Numbered from the stretch's first letter, positions 40,393 to 53,468 are shown. The stretch is 64,000 nucleotides of DNA from Camelus dromedarius (GCF_036321535.1 NC_087436.1:12648001-12712000), one strand, 5' to 3'. Notes: a model not told the origin generated them from the sequence alone. Translations and numbers: made by a program.

Positions 40393-43300
40393 CCGGCGGC
40401 GAGCGCCGAGCGCCGCGGGGACGGCCGGTACTCAAGGCTCTTTGCAAGCAACAAGAAGCCTCTCGGCTTCGGGGGTTCCGCCCCGCGACCCCTTTACAAG
40501 CACAGGCTTCCTCTCGCATTCGAAAATTTAGCACTTCCCGCCTCTAAGCGGCTGTGTTTGGAGAGTAGAGGCCGAGCGTGGCCGCACAAAAGATCCTGCA
40601 CCTGTCTAGAGTGGGGCGCGTTCTGGGCACTTTCTGGGACGTTTTTGGTGGAAATTCCCCTGGAACGAGATTTCTGAGCAGAATCACCTCCCTCTAAAAG
40701 GTTGGATACCCGGAGACCAAGGCTTACTCAAATGTTTGCATTTACTCTGAGAAGTGTGAGCGCCTCGAAAGCCTGCAGACTCCCTCCTAAGCTCCGGAGA
40801 GCGGTGGTCCCGCACACCGCGCAACTTTCTACCCTTTAAAAGCCCCGAAGGACGCTTGCTTTGGGCTGGCGCGCGGGTAGGGAGCGACCCCGCGAGCCAT
40901 CGGAACCCCAGGCGCCTCGGCGCTCCGAGGCACCAGTGACCGTTGAGCGCACCGCTCCCAACGGTCAGCGAGTAAAACGGCGAAGCGCCCAACGTCCTCC
41001 CGGAGAGCCGGATTAATGTCGAAGTTTTATTTCTTCGGCTTTAGGGGTCACATGGACCCAGCTTCGGTTCACCCACCGAAACTTTGCCGCTCCCTTTTAA
41101 AGCGCAGCCCTCCGAGGTGGCGAGGAAGGAAGAGGCACTGAGTTCCTCGCCCGAGCGCCTGCGGCGGGCCCCCGGTGCACCGGCGAGGGGCCCTGGGGAG
41201 CGCCCGGGCCCGGGAGCTGCGGGCGCGACGTCCGCCCTGGGCTCCGCACGCGGTGTCCCGACCCAGCGCAGAGTTCCACGATAACACATTATGTAAATGC
41301 TTGAATTCCTCGGACAAAGGCCACAATGGAGAGCCTCGGTTGCCTCCACAAAGCCGCCCAGTGCGGGGCTAATAGGTTTCGTCAGTAAGCAGATTCTTCG
41401 CCCGCCTGGGGGAGGGGCTCCCTGCGGATGATGGATGAAGGGACATTCATTTTACCTGGAAGATGAAGGGGACCCTGGAGACCAGACTGGGAGGAAGCCG
41501 GCTCCCCATTATCCTCCGAGGCCCGGCCTTTGCTCCCACCCCCTGTCTGCCCTCAGCGCTCTGTCCCAGTCGCCCCGCTTGCTGGTGACTTTTGTTCATT
41601 TCCCAAACGATTTCGAATCACACTACAGTCCCAGCAAAGAGAAGAAAACTCCATTCCCTACAAACGGATCGAAAGAGGAAGGTGGGGAAGGGGAGAGAGG
41701 CAGTGGACGTGAAAATCTTTTAAGACATTTATTTCCCCAGTCTTATCCCAAAATTTAAAGAAAAGCGCAGTTAGCGAGTAGCTTAAACGAATCAAACTGC
41801 TCCGCACTCAGGCGCTCGTTAGCGTTCGGCGGCCCACCAGCTCAGCGGATGGACTGGAACTCTGGGCAGTCGTAGAAGCCTGATCCAGACCGACGTCGGA
41901 CCCTTAGGCTCAGGACGCGCTGGTCTGGTCCAGTTCTGGGAAAGCGCGGACACCGGAGCCTCCAGGGTCACAGGCCAAACGGCCCGGGCAGATCAAAGGC
42001 GACTCTGTAATTAGCGATTTCCGTCTCCAGTGGTCACTAACCCGGCCTGTAATGCCTGCGACCGTCTGCACCCGGCGAATGTGCCGGGGGAACTGCTCAC
42101 GACTCCACAGAGGGCTTTTTTCAGATAAAAAGGAAAATATTACGGAGCAGTCACCTAGAGACCCTCCTCAATGGCCGCACTCCCACGGCGTTTTGGGAAA
42201 GGTGGGCGACGCCAAGCTGATTTACGTTTGGTTTTTCTTTCGTTCCAGGTAGGGTTAATTATTTTGGCCGCTTCTGAAAAAAACGGAGATGAGATTAAAA
42301 TGAGGCATGAATCGGAGTACTTTGCTCAAGATGTAGGGATTCTGCTGCCTTGGGAAATGAAGGGGGCGGGGGCTGTCTCCATAGTTTCTTGAAAGTTTTT
42401 GTTTGCCAGGGTTAACTCCCAATTTTTAAGCCAGAATATTATGCCATTACATAAATTAATTTTCCCAATGAAACTGCCCAAAGCAGCCCTCTCCTCCTGC
42501 CCTGCTTGCCGGGGATTCGGCTTCTGGAAACTCAAAGGAGACAGTGGAACATCTTCATTTATCCGGTTTCTGAAATCTCCTCAAACCTATTAAGGGGGAG
42601 GGCTTAGCGAGGATTAGGCTGCCTTTCAGCTGAGAAAATGCAGCGTCGAATGAGATCTTGTTGACTGAACTGATTCCCTCCCCTCCCTTATTCTTCAGCA
42701 ATCATTGAAATCTTCCCTTGCAAAAAGCCACTTCTTCACGTTCTCAGGGCTGCATTATGTGTATTTCTATGGCTGAGCGGCCACATTTTGATGGCTCCTT
42801 AGAGACACACTTCATAAATAATACGTATATACACTAATAAGCTCACATTCCCACTAAGATTTTCCTGCCTGAATCAATTTTAGCCAAACTAAAAGAAGAC
42901 AACAGCTATTAGAAGGAAAGGCCCAAGAGAAATCTAACACCAGAACGTTCTCCTTCCTAAACCAGAAGCGGTCATTGGTCGAGAAGTGAATCTGGCTGGC
43001 TAGAAAGACCCCTTGTTCCCCAATTGTAGGAAAGGTGGCTACATGCAACAAGTTTCAGTGTACAAATGGGCTGAAAGGACTCGAATGGGTCGCCAGATCT
43101 GGTGGGGAGATTCTGAGAGTTCTGGCCTTCCGGTCAACATGTAGGCTTCACTCAACTGTCAACTCTTTCCTTGGCCACCGCTTCCCTACCGTCCAGCACA
43201 AAGTCCAAAGTTGAAAGACAGCAGCCTCCCCACCTGCGAGTGGGTCCCTCTGCTCTGCTCGGGCCGAGGTCTGTTTCTCCCTACGGCCAAAGTTCCGTTG

Positions 43301-43834
43301 GGGTTCTGCACAAAGAAGGCTTAAATTGGGGCATCTAACTTGTAGGCTTCACCCCTGTCTCTAGATCCCATCGCGGGTCCCAGAAGAAAGCGTTCCTGTC
43401 CTCAAGGACAAGGGGAGGAGTCCTGCAGGAGCCTGGAAGGCTAGTGGACTTCCTACCTGTGGATTTCATACCTCTGAAGACTCCGTCTTCCTCAGATGCC
43501 TTTGCGGAGGAGTAGAAGATCACAGTATCCTGGGCTTCCTGGGTGTGAAGCACTAAACTAATAAGCATTTTCTCACTTAATCCTTATAACCCTATCAGGT
43601 GTCATCTCCATTTTACACAAGAAGAAACTGAGGTTATAACTGTCTCCTCACCTTGTTAGTGTGGATCAGGACTGAACTGCAGGCTCTTTGCTCCCAGGTC
43701 CACCACCACTGGGGAAGTCTGACCTCCCATCAGTTCATCTACCTGTCACCCATTCATTTACTGAGTACCTGATGTGCCCAGTCCTGGAAGCTCAGTGAAA
43801 TATCCAAGCCTAAACTTAGATCCCAGAGCTTTTC

Positions 43835-45018
43835 CTCTTCCTTCCCTCCTTCCTTCCTTCCTTCCCTCCTTCCTTCCTTCCTTCCCTCCTTCCTTCCTTC
43901 CTTTCTTTCTTTCTCTTTCTTTCCTTCTTTTTCTTTCTTTTAAATTGGTGTATAGTCAGTTTACAATGTTATGTCAATTTCTTGTGTACAGCATATTTCA
44001 GTCATACATATATATATTCATTTTCATATTCTTTTTCATTATAGGCTACTAAAAGATATTGAATAAAGTTCCCTGTGCTCTACAGTATAAGCTTGTTTAT
44101 CTATTTTATATATAGCAGTATCTACAAATCTTGAACTCCCAATTTACCCTTTCCCACCCCTTACCCCCCAGTAACCTTAAGTTTGTTTTTTATGTCTATG
44201 AGTCTGTTTTTGTTTTATAAATAAGTTTGTCTTTTTTTTAAGATTCCACATATAAGTGGTATCACATGATATTTGTCTTTCTGTCTGACTTACTTCACTT
44301 AGTATGATGATCTCTAGGTCCATCCATGTTGCTGCAAATGACATTATTTTATTCTTTTTATGGCTGAGTAGTATTCCATTGTATAAATTATACCACAACT
44401 TCTTTATCCGTCATCTGTTGATGGACATTTACATTGTTTCCATGTATTGGCTATGGTATACAGAGCTGCTATTAACATTGGGGTGCATGTATCTTTTAGA
44501 ATTAGAGTTCCCTCTGGATATGTGCCCAGGAGTGGGATTGCTGGATCATATAGTAAGTCTATTTTTAGTTTTTTGAGGAATCTCCATATTGTTTTCCATA
44601 ACAGCTGCACCTAATTAAACTTATAAGCTTTTGCACAGCAAAGGGAACCATAAGCAAAACAAAAGGACAACCTACAAACTGGAGAAAATATTTGCAAAAG
44701 ATGAGACTGACAAGGGCTTAATTTCCAGAATATAAAAACAGCTCATACAACTTAATAATAATTAAAAAAAACAATACAAAAATGGGCAGAAGACCTAAAC
44801 AAGCAATTCTCCAATGAAGACATTACAAATGGCCAATAGGCACATGAAAAAAATGCTGAATATCGCTAATTATCAGAGAAATGCAAAACAAAACTACCAT
44901 GAGGTATCACCTCACACCAGTCAGAATGGCCATCGCTCAAAAGTCCATGAATGATAAATGCTGGAGAGGGTGTGGAGAAAAGGGAGCCCTCCTACACTGC
45001 TGGTGGGAATGCAGTTCG
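43835..45018 (-). mobile_element. 5'-truncated, 5'-inverted L1 insertion (twin-priming structure) whose tail has become a TC/TTCC simple repeat
   Basis: Minus-strand L1 3' end at 43940-44611 joined to a plus-strand ORF2 segment at 44612-45017. TSD ccagagcttttc (43823-43834) / ccacagcttttc (45019-45030). Confidence 0.85.
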
Positions 45019-47984
45019 CCACAGCTTTTCTTTAAATTTGGACTTTATTTCCATGCTCCTCTAGTGCCACGAGTTCCAGTGCTAAACACCAAGTTATTTT
45101 ACTGCCATGGTGAGAAAGGTCTGGTTAGGGTTCTGGTCAATAGTACACCTTCACCAGAAAGGCTCCAGCACTTGAGTGGCCAGTAGTCCTCCACCCTCTT
45201 AGACACAGGAATGGGCGCCTGGGGTGGGGAGGGCACAGGTGTTGGGCATCTGCCCGAGGGCACAGAGTCAGAAGCGGAACCTAAATGGGGTGTCTCAGAC
45301 TTCTTCCCTCTTAGACCACCTTCTTTTCCCTAAGCCTGGTGCACTTGGCTTTCTAAACTTTGTACTTTTGAATTATTGTCCCCCTTTAGGATGATTTTGT
45401 TGTTTTTCTTATATTTTTTAAGATCATTAAATCACCAGTCACAGACATTATGATCATCTTAACACTTGTTTTTCCTCTGATCTCGCTACCCGTCTATCTT
45501 CAGTTCCTCTGCCTATGCTCAGTTCTGGCCCCCTGGACACAAATGGAGGCCCTAACCAGCTGACTCTCAGGGGACATGGAGAATAAAGGCTTTTGAACTT
45601 CCCTTCGGAGATAGAGGAAAAAGAACAGACACCTCTTCATGGAGCCTCCTAACCCAGTGCTCCCCGGAGTGTTCCTGAGAGGAATCCATCACCTCCTGGG
45701 AGGGGGTTTTTCTAGCTTCCTTCCTGGCTGGCTAGCACCTTATTATGAGGGTCTCATTCCTGCCCTGGGAAGTTAGTCCTTCAGAAAGGTTAAAGGCAGC
45801 AGCTCCAGCCAGACAGGATTTAGTTGTTGTTTTTGACAACCATAACTTAAGAACACGGTGCAAAACAAGGAATTTACATTTAATATTGTAAAGAATCATG
45901 ACTCAAATGAATCCAGTTTATTAATAAATTAAGAACAGGTTGAGGCAGCTGTGATGTAGGAGAAGGAGGCAGAAACCCTGAGGGTAAGGCCTGGTGTTGC
46001 CATTTATCGCTAAATAAACTCAGACCAGTCATTGGCAACCTTTGAGCCTCCATTTCGTCTCTCTAAAATGGGAATAATATTTCAGAGGAGAATTTTGAGG
46101 ATTAAGCAGAATCAAACCTATTGTGTCAAGGGTCATAAAGTGATACATCATCTCTAACATCATCTGTGTTAGTCATCAGTGAAGCAGAGTAAGGCAGAGG
46201 TGCTTCTCTCTTCTGCTTGGACAGAACAGTCATCCAAGAATGCGGAGTAGACAAAAGGCATGCTTTTACTCACAGACTCCCTCTGATGTTTCAGCGCAGG
46301 GCCACAGAGGTGAGCAGGAAGTAAGTACGTGAGTGCTTTGGAAGTGAGCGCAGCAGGCAGAGGCAGATCTCTGCTCCTCCGGCTGCTGGATGCCAGGGAA
46401 GCCCTTTACAATTCATAAACACAAAGACAAAACCTGCCATTTGAAAGTGCCTCTCATGAATACAAAACCCCCCAAAAGTCCATCTTAGAAACAATCAAAT
46501 GACATGATACCAAGGAGTGACTAAAATTTTTGAGATGCTCATGACAGGTAAAGCACATTACAGTTTAAAATACAAATAATAAATGACAAGCCATGGCATT
46601 TCTTAACAACGTGGAGCAGATACCTTATAAATTCACCTTCTTTCTTTTTGATTCTCATTTTATTATTGTGAGGCAACAGTAAACATGGATATTGGATGAC
46701 CCAGGTTTGTTAACAAAAGCAAATGTGACAGTAATAACCTTTGGCTACATATTCAAAAAGTAACAACCACACCAGTGTATTCATACAGGAACTGTACAGA
46801 GAAGTCAGGTTTGGCTATGCCCCAGACAGGTCAGCACTGGTGATCCCCAGTAATGCGAAGTACCAGGAACAGTGGTGAATGCCATGCTATTAGCTGTATT
46901 TCAAAAATCCTTTCTAAATACACAGACATTGTAAAGATAAAATGACAGGTAACTGAATGCAGAACTTTTTTAACATCAGTCTTAGCTTTTGCAACTCATA
47001 GCTGATGGTTTGTGAGATCACTGAGAGCCACGAGGCCTCATCTATAAAGTGTCTTGAGCTGGATTAGAAGGAGATGCTCTTTAAACCCTTCCAAGTGTGC
47101 ATGGTCCACGGGCCTATGAAAATCAAATTACTCAGGCCCTTCAGACAGTCTTAGCTGTTGCTCTTGGTGAATTTTCACAGGGAGTAATTCCCAGAAAAAG
47201 AAGATAAATCACTGTCTGGTACTTAGAAAATCTAAACAGCATTCACAATAACTGCTTTAAAAAGTGCAATGCCTCATTGAATTAAAAAAATAATAATAAA
47301 AAAGAAATCACTCATAGTCCAGTGAAGCAGTAATTACACAAGAAGGAGAGAAGAGACTGAGCAGGAGTCTGGCAACAGTTGGTTCTGGAAATCAAGGGCT
47401 TTTTTGATAACATATGTTCAATCATAAATTTTAAATAATACAAACACAATATTTGTGTTTCGTCAATTTTTGTAGCAATATATATTATTGATTTTTGAAA
47501 AGAAGAACATGTCTTTAATTTCTAAAATTAACTTGAAATAAATGTATCTTTCTGGTATTTTTGTAATTACATTTACTCTTACCCACCCCAGGCAAAAAAG
47601 AATTCAGTGTAGTCCAGCTAAAGCTGATTTATACCTCAACAGCTCAAACAACTATAAAAAAGGGAAATTGGATTTTAAATTGTCTCATTCTTCTTAATTG
47701 GGAGAACTCCAAGTGGGCAGCTCTCTCCTTAGGGACCAGGCTGCCTACATTCTCCAATGTAGGCACAAAACTTTGTGCTTCAATTAAGTTCATTTATTTT
47801 TACCCTGGTCGCCCTCTGCAATGACTTGCCTTTATGTCAGATTACATAAAGTTACTTTCATTTTCTTAACACGCAGACTTCCCCTGTAAAGAATGTGAGT
47901 GGAATAGAAATTGGATCACACAGAATTAATAAAGTAAAGTCAAAACTTTTTTTTTGAAGATGAATTAAAAATCTTTGAAATTGT

Positions 47985-49504
47985 GAGGGAGCAGCCAAGA
48001 TGGCAGAGTAGAAGGACGCTCTTATCTCAGCCTCTCCCACCAAGAGAGACGTCCACGGACCCACCCATCCACTCAGAACACCTGCTGAACTTTGACAGAG
48101 CATCGCCTTCTTCAAAAGACAAAATTCATCACAAATCTGGTAGGAGGGGAAAAAAAAAAGGAGAAAAAAGGAAATTAGTGAGGGATCTGTTGCGGGGGAG
48201 CAGCAAAGGAGGAACAGCGCTCTTATGCTGGGATTCCCCTCCAACAGAGAGGTCAGTGGGGATGGAGGGGGAGCCTCTGAGGCTTGGATCAGTGCACAGC
48301 AGCCCTTGGCTGACAGAACTAAGTGAAATGGGCCTAAAATGTCCCTGAGATCCCCAGCCCTAGACTAGATGAGCCAGTGGGGGTGGGCGGGGACTGGCTG
48401 CCCAAGGCGGGCGGAGGACTGGGGCCCACCATGCAGAGGCAGCCTCAGGGGACTGGAGTGTGCTGTGTGCCGTGGCTGGGAGTGTATATAGAACAGAGCC
48501 TGGGTTCCCCATTTTAAAAAATTTTTAAAAATAGAAAAGAAGGCAACACTGCTGGTGCGTGTTGAGGGGAGGGGCACAACATGGCTGGGTGGTGGCCTTT
48601 GTCTCTGAAGACCCGCCGCACCATCACTGGTGCACTCTCAGGAGAAGAGAGATGGGCTCGGCCACAGCCACCGTATCCGCCGGTGCAGCTCCAGGGACGA
48701 GGTGGGGTTGGAACCTGAATCCGTACCCAAGGGCTCTGCAACTTCATAGGCAGGACTGAGATTTACTTACAGCCCCAGGCAGAGGGGACTGTTTTGCTCC
48801 GGAGGTGCCTTTGTGGACCCGCGCCTCTAAGACTAACAAGCAAGGAGTGGAGCTCTGCACGCAGCGGGGGCCAGGGCTGGTGCGGCCTGTTTTCTGTGAG
48901 CCCGCCTGCCTACCACGCGAGGACCCGGTGCTGGGAACGCGCTGACACTGCGGCGAGACCTGGTGGCGTGACCCGTGGGCCTCTGGAACGAGTGACTGGA
49001 GTTTGTGCAGTGGGGCGAGCGCAGGGGTGGCCTTTGGTGCTGGGGACAGCGCTGACCCCAACAGTGCACCACGGTCAGGTGTGCGACCCAGAAGTCAGTG
49101 GAACTGCACTGGTGGCTCTCAGGGCAGAGAACGTGGGGGACACCAGAGCAGCACACGGACATGCCCGTGGCTAAAGCGTGCATAAGGGCAGGTTCAACAA
49201 AGAGTACTCGCCACGCCCCAACCCCGCCTACTAAACACCACAGCTCAGAAATGGGGCTTGCAGTCTCTAATCCAAAAAAAAAGGGGAACAGACCCAGCCC
49301 CTGTCGGGGCTTGATGACCACAGAACAAAAAGGAGGCTCCACTCCACAGCCAGGGCAGGCTCTGGTCACACCACCACCAGCCACAGCCCCATTCAAAGGG
49401 AGAGCAGCCAACATACAAGGAAGAAAGATGTGGCAACCATCTGCACTAAAAACAGACCTGGTGACAAAATTATTAGGGGTGCACAGCCTACACAGGAGGG
49501 CCTC
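47985..49504 (+). mobile_element. L1-like 5'UTR / promoter fragment with no ORF1 or ORF2
   Basis: Begins GGGAGCAGCCAAGATGGC (YY1 motif typical of L1 5' ends) after an AT-rich TT/AAAA-like site. GC-rich for ~1.5 kb and ends at the ERV LTR. Confidence 0.6.
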
Positions 49505-49835
49505 TGTAGGGAAAATGGAGTCACTCCGGCTCCCTTGTCAGACATCTGGTGCCCAGTGACCCAGCTGTACTATCCTGCGTGTGCAGGACCCACGTAGTGT
49601 TGTATAAACGTGACTTGCAGCATCGAGTGCACTGGTGAGCGCCAATCATAGTTGGCTTGATGCCAGCTTTGTTTGCCTTGATATGTAAGGCGGGTGGGAC
49701 TTTCCACCACCACCACCGAAGCCTGTGTACTCCTTCGCAATAAGGGCATGTCAGAGATACCCCTGGCTCCGAGAGTGTTCTTCAGTCTGCCGGAATCCAG
49801 CGTGAACCTGCCAGGCCTTGAGCATTTGCAGTGCG
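49505..49835 (+). mobile_element. 5' LTR of a class III (ERV-S-like) provirus
   Basis: Starts TGTAGGG; TATAAA 49603-49608, CCAAT ~49642, GGGACTTTCC 49696-49705, decayed poly(A) signal AATAAG 49739-49744. Ends 2 nt before the PBS. Confidence 0.7.
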
Positions 49836-49837
49836 TT

Positions 49838-49855
49838 TGGTGTAGTCGGCAGGAC
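49838..49855 (+). promoter_or_regulatory. Retroviral primer-binding site complementary to tRNA-Ser
   Basis: TGGTGTAGTCGGCAGGAC matches 16/18 of TGGCGTAGTCGGCAGGAT, the complement of the tRNA-Ser(AGA-type) 3' end. Confidence 0.85.
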
Positions 49856-49870
49856 TCGCCGTGGACTGGT

Positions 49871-50630
49871 ATGGAGCCCTCTAAATCCCTAGGGTGGGTG
49901 GGCTTGAGGGGTGAACCCCGACGAGTATGTGGGACTCAGTAGCGAACATCTTTTCTACTTGGGCACCACCCCAGGGATGCCCAGAGGTGGATGGTCCCCC
50001 TGCCCAGGAGGAAAGGGCCCCACAGGAGGTAGGGGAGTCCCTAGAGAAGCCCAGTGCGCACATGGCAGCCAGGGCTTTGGAATGGGTGCTCCTCACAGCC
50101 CCGCAGGCTGAAACCAAAGCCTCACTGTGAGACATGGCAAAGGTTTAGAGTTACAGGAAAGGGAGGAGGCTTTGGAAGCCCGCATCTGAGCCCTGGAGGA
50201 AGATTTATGGGTTCTGGAGAGCCTGCCATCACCCCTTCCACGATGATGACAAGTTTGGGTGAGGTAGAAAGCCGTCAGACAGCAAAAGGGCGTACGAGCT
50301 GTTACCCGACAAATGGGGAAGTTAGCTAAAAGGACTGGGAAACCTGTCAAGGTCACTAGTACCCAGAATGTGGGCGCGCCTTGCAGGAGCCGGTGTAGAC
50401 TAAGCTGAGATAGATGGGAAACCTAATGCCCACTTACTGGAGTTACGGCAGGAGTTGAGGGAGGAGCAGAGGTCCACTTCCATGAGAAGGCATACCCCTG
50501 CTGTGAAAAGCACCAAGGAGTCCAAGGGGACCAGAGCAGTGCACCCTGAGGACCACGTGCTTCCCCGGGAGGAGGAAATGCTTTGTTTGCCTTTGAATAG
50601 AATGCAGGCCAAGGAACCTGCCTACAGGGG
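49871..50630 (+). pseudogene. gag: Degenerate ERV gag (class III, ERV-S/L-like)
   Basis: Fragments WDSVANIFSTWAPP…VDGPPA…ALEWVLLTA and VTST(Q)MWARLAGAGVD*AEIDGKPNAHLLELRQEL resemble ERV-S/L Gag; stops and frameshifts present. Confidence 0.6.
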
Positions 50631-50639
50631 GCAGACGGG

Positions 50640-50940
50640 GACCAGAGGCCGCATGTACAGCTTGCTGTTTACTGGTCCCCGACCATCGTGCAGCGAGTAT
50701 TGGCCTTGGTGGACACGGGGGCTGAATGCACTCTGTTACATGACGAGGCCCAGGGGCCTACATAGATGGCTATGTGGGGAAAAGTATCTGGGTGAAAGCT
50801 ATACAATTGCTCCTTGGAATAGGGCGATTGGCCCCTAGAGAACACAAAGTTCATGTGTCCCCAGTACCAGAACATCTACTGGGCATAGACGTGCTCACGG
50901 CCTGTGGCTGCAGACAACTGCCGGTGAGTTCTGCCTGCGA
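50640..50940 (+). pseudogene. pro: Degenerate retroviral aspartic protease
   Basis: DQRPHVQLAVYWSPTIVQRVLALVDTGAECTL with DTG at 50712-50720, and LLGIDVL at ~50877-50897. Confidence 0.85.
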
Positions 50941-53468
50941 GTACGGGTGGTGAAGGCAGTAGAGTGGGGACGCGCAAAACACCCTCCAGGACAGTTGCCT
51001 GTTTCCTGGCGGGTCACCAACACCAAACACTATAAACTGCCAGGAGGTCATGACGAAATTACAGGCATTGTTGCAGAATTAGAAAAGGTGGGTATTTTAC
51101 ACCAGCCCATAGTCCATTCATTTCTCCTGTATGGCCAGTGCGTAAACCCGATGGTACTTGGAGAATGACTGTGGACTACCAGGAGTTAAACAAGGTAGTC
51201 CCTCCACTGCATGCCACAATGCCTTGGGTGGCCAAATTGATGGAGCGGCTAAGCCATAAGTTGGGCACATATCATTTCGTGGCCGATCTGGCAAATGCTT
51301 TCTTTTTGATTGGCATTGCCCCTGAGAGTCAAGATCAATTTGCCTTCACCTGGGAAGGACAACAGTGGGCATTTACAGACTTACCCCAGGGATATTTACA
51401 CAGAGCCTGTGAATTAGACATGCACGTTGCTCCTGAGGGATTTGGCTGGGGTATGTGGCAACATTCAGAGCATTTGCAACAGCCCATAGGGTTTTGGTTC
51501 CAACTATGGAAGGGAGCAGAAAGCCGGTGCTCTCCTGTGGAGAAACAATTGGCTGCTGAATACGCGGCCTCGCTAGCTACTGAGGGTGTAACCGGCACAA
51601 TGCTGGTGATGCCCGCACCACCCACCCCATAGCGGCTTGGATAAGAGAGTGGACCTCAAAGCCCCGAAGTGGGGCAGCCCAAACTCCTACACTGGCAAAA
51701 TGGGGGGCACACTTACAGCAGCAGACTGTGCTTTCCATGAGCCCTTTGCATGCGTAACTCCAGGAGGTCCTGGGGGTGGTGACTTATGTGGGTAGCACGC
51801 CCACCGCTGAGTCCCCTTTGAAGACTGAGCCAGAAGCTAGTCCCTGCCAAGAATGTAGGGCCCCTGTGCCAGCAGATGCATGGTATATGGATGGTTCAAG
51901 TTGAGGGCAGCCCCCGACTTGGATAGCGGTTGCCATCCAGCCTGAGTCTGATACCATTTGGTGTGATACTGGGGCTGGCCAGAGCGGTCAGTGCGCAGAG
52001 CTACGTGCGGCACTGTTAGCTGTAGCCAATGAATCGCCGACCATTGCTGTCTGCACTGACAGGTGGGCAGTCTGCAGAGGACTGACCCTGTGGATTTCCA
52101 CCTGTCATTTGAGTAAATGGTCTGTCACGCATAGGCCTTTGTGGGGCCAAGACTTGTGGCAAGACCTCTGGGAGTTACATCACCAAAAGCAGGTGACTGT
52201 GTTCCATGTGACTGGACTTGAAACTTTGGCCTCACGAGGGAACGATGAGGCCGATACCCTGGCAGAGTTCTGATGGCTAGAGACTGCCCCGGGAGATGGA
52301 GCCCCCAGAAGTGACGTGACATATGGCTGCACTGACACCTGCTGCACGTGGGGCAAAAGGCAATGTGGGCCTCTGTGCGCACCTGGGGACTGCCAGTGAG
52401 CCTGGCAGAGGCGCACAATGCCTGTGAGCAACGTGTGGTATGTTCTAAGGCGCACTCAGGCGGCCCCCGGGCCCCTCAGGCCAGGTATTGCAGGGCAGAT
52501 CCCCCCAACTCACTGGCAAGTGGACATTGCTGGCCCGCTGCCTGGCTCTGAAGGCTGTCGTTATGCCGGCACTGTGTAGAGACTGCAGCAGGCCTGTCGG
52601 CGGCCCATCCAGTTCAACACCCGGAGCAGAGGGCTGTGTTGCGAGCGCTGGGACCCCTCTGTGTGGTGTATGGACGTCCTCTAGTGATTACAGGTGAACG
52701 GGGAACTCATTTTACTGGAGCCCAAGTGCAAAGGTGGGCACGGACATGAATATTGAGTGGGGAGGTTTCATATCCCTTACAACCCAAGGCCACAGGTATT
52801 ATAGAACAGTACAATGGCCCACTGAAACAAGGCTGCGAGCTAATGCCAACTGTGGAGGGATGGACCAAAGGGCTATGGGACGTCCTGCGAACCCTTAATG
52901 AACGCAGCTGACACGATGGCCCGGCTCCAGCAGAGGCGCTGCTCCATCGCGCTGCTGCACCCACATAGATCCAAGTCCAGGTGAAGGATATTTTGCTGAA
53001 ACCTGGATTTGGGCGACAATGTAGTATATTGCTGACGGCGCCAACCAGAGTGGAGAAGGGGCAGACCCTAACGTGGACGGGGCCTTGGACTATTCGGGCC
53101 CCCCACATGCGTCGGGTAGCCCTTATAGCACCAGGGGGGCCAGACTAGAAGCTGATTTACAAGTAACCCTGTGATTTATAGGACAATGGCCTCCCAGAGT
53201 AGAGGTAACACAGCCAGGGGTGGCACATCGATCCACTGTACTAAAAGGGACTTTTATGTTGGCCGTGTGGCCTATTAGGAGTTCTCTGTTACTGCATATT
53301 GAACCTGCAGAAGCCTCTCTTGGCTAAGCGAGTGTGGTATGCCAGTTCAAGAAGGCTGCTGCTCCCAGCCACTGAGTTATCAGCCGATAAAGCATTGGCA
53401 TGGATCTTGCCCGAGGGACAGGACCTACCACGGCTCATACCACTAACAGCCTGTCTTTTTGCCCTTAG
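50940..53468 (+). pseudogene. pol: Degenerate pol (RT with core deletion, RNase H, integrase)
   Basis: KPDGTWRMTVDYQELNK…DLANAFF…QFAFTWEG…LPQGYLH; tether PIGFW…EKQL; RNase H WYMDGS (~51881) and AELRA; integrase WQVD.GPLP (~52514), GTHFTG and FHIPYNP.ATGIIEQYNG.LK. Multiple stops and frameshifts. Confidence 0.92.

Noticed and set aside
48744..49559. Several 100-190-aa ORFs on both strands
   Set aside because: GC-rich L1-like 5'UTR sequence; no ORF1 or other recognisable homology.
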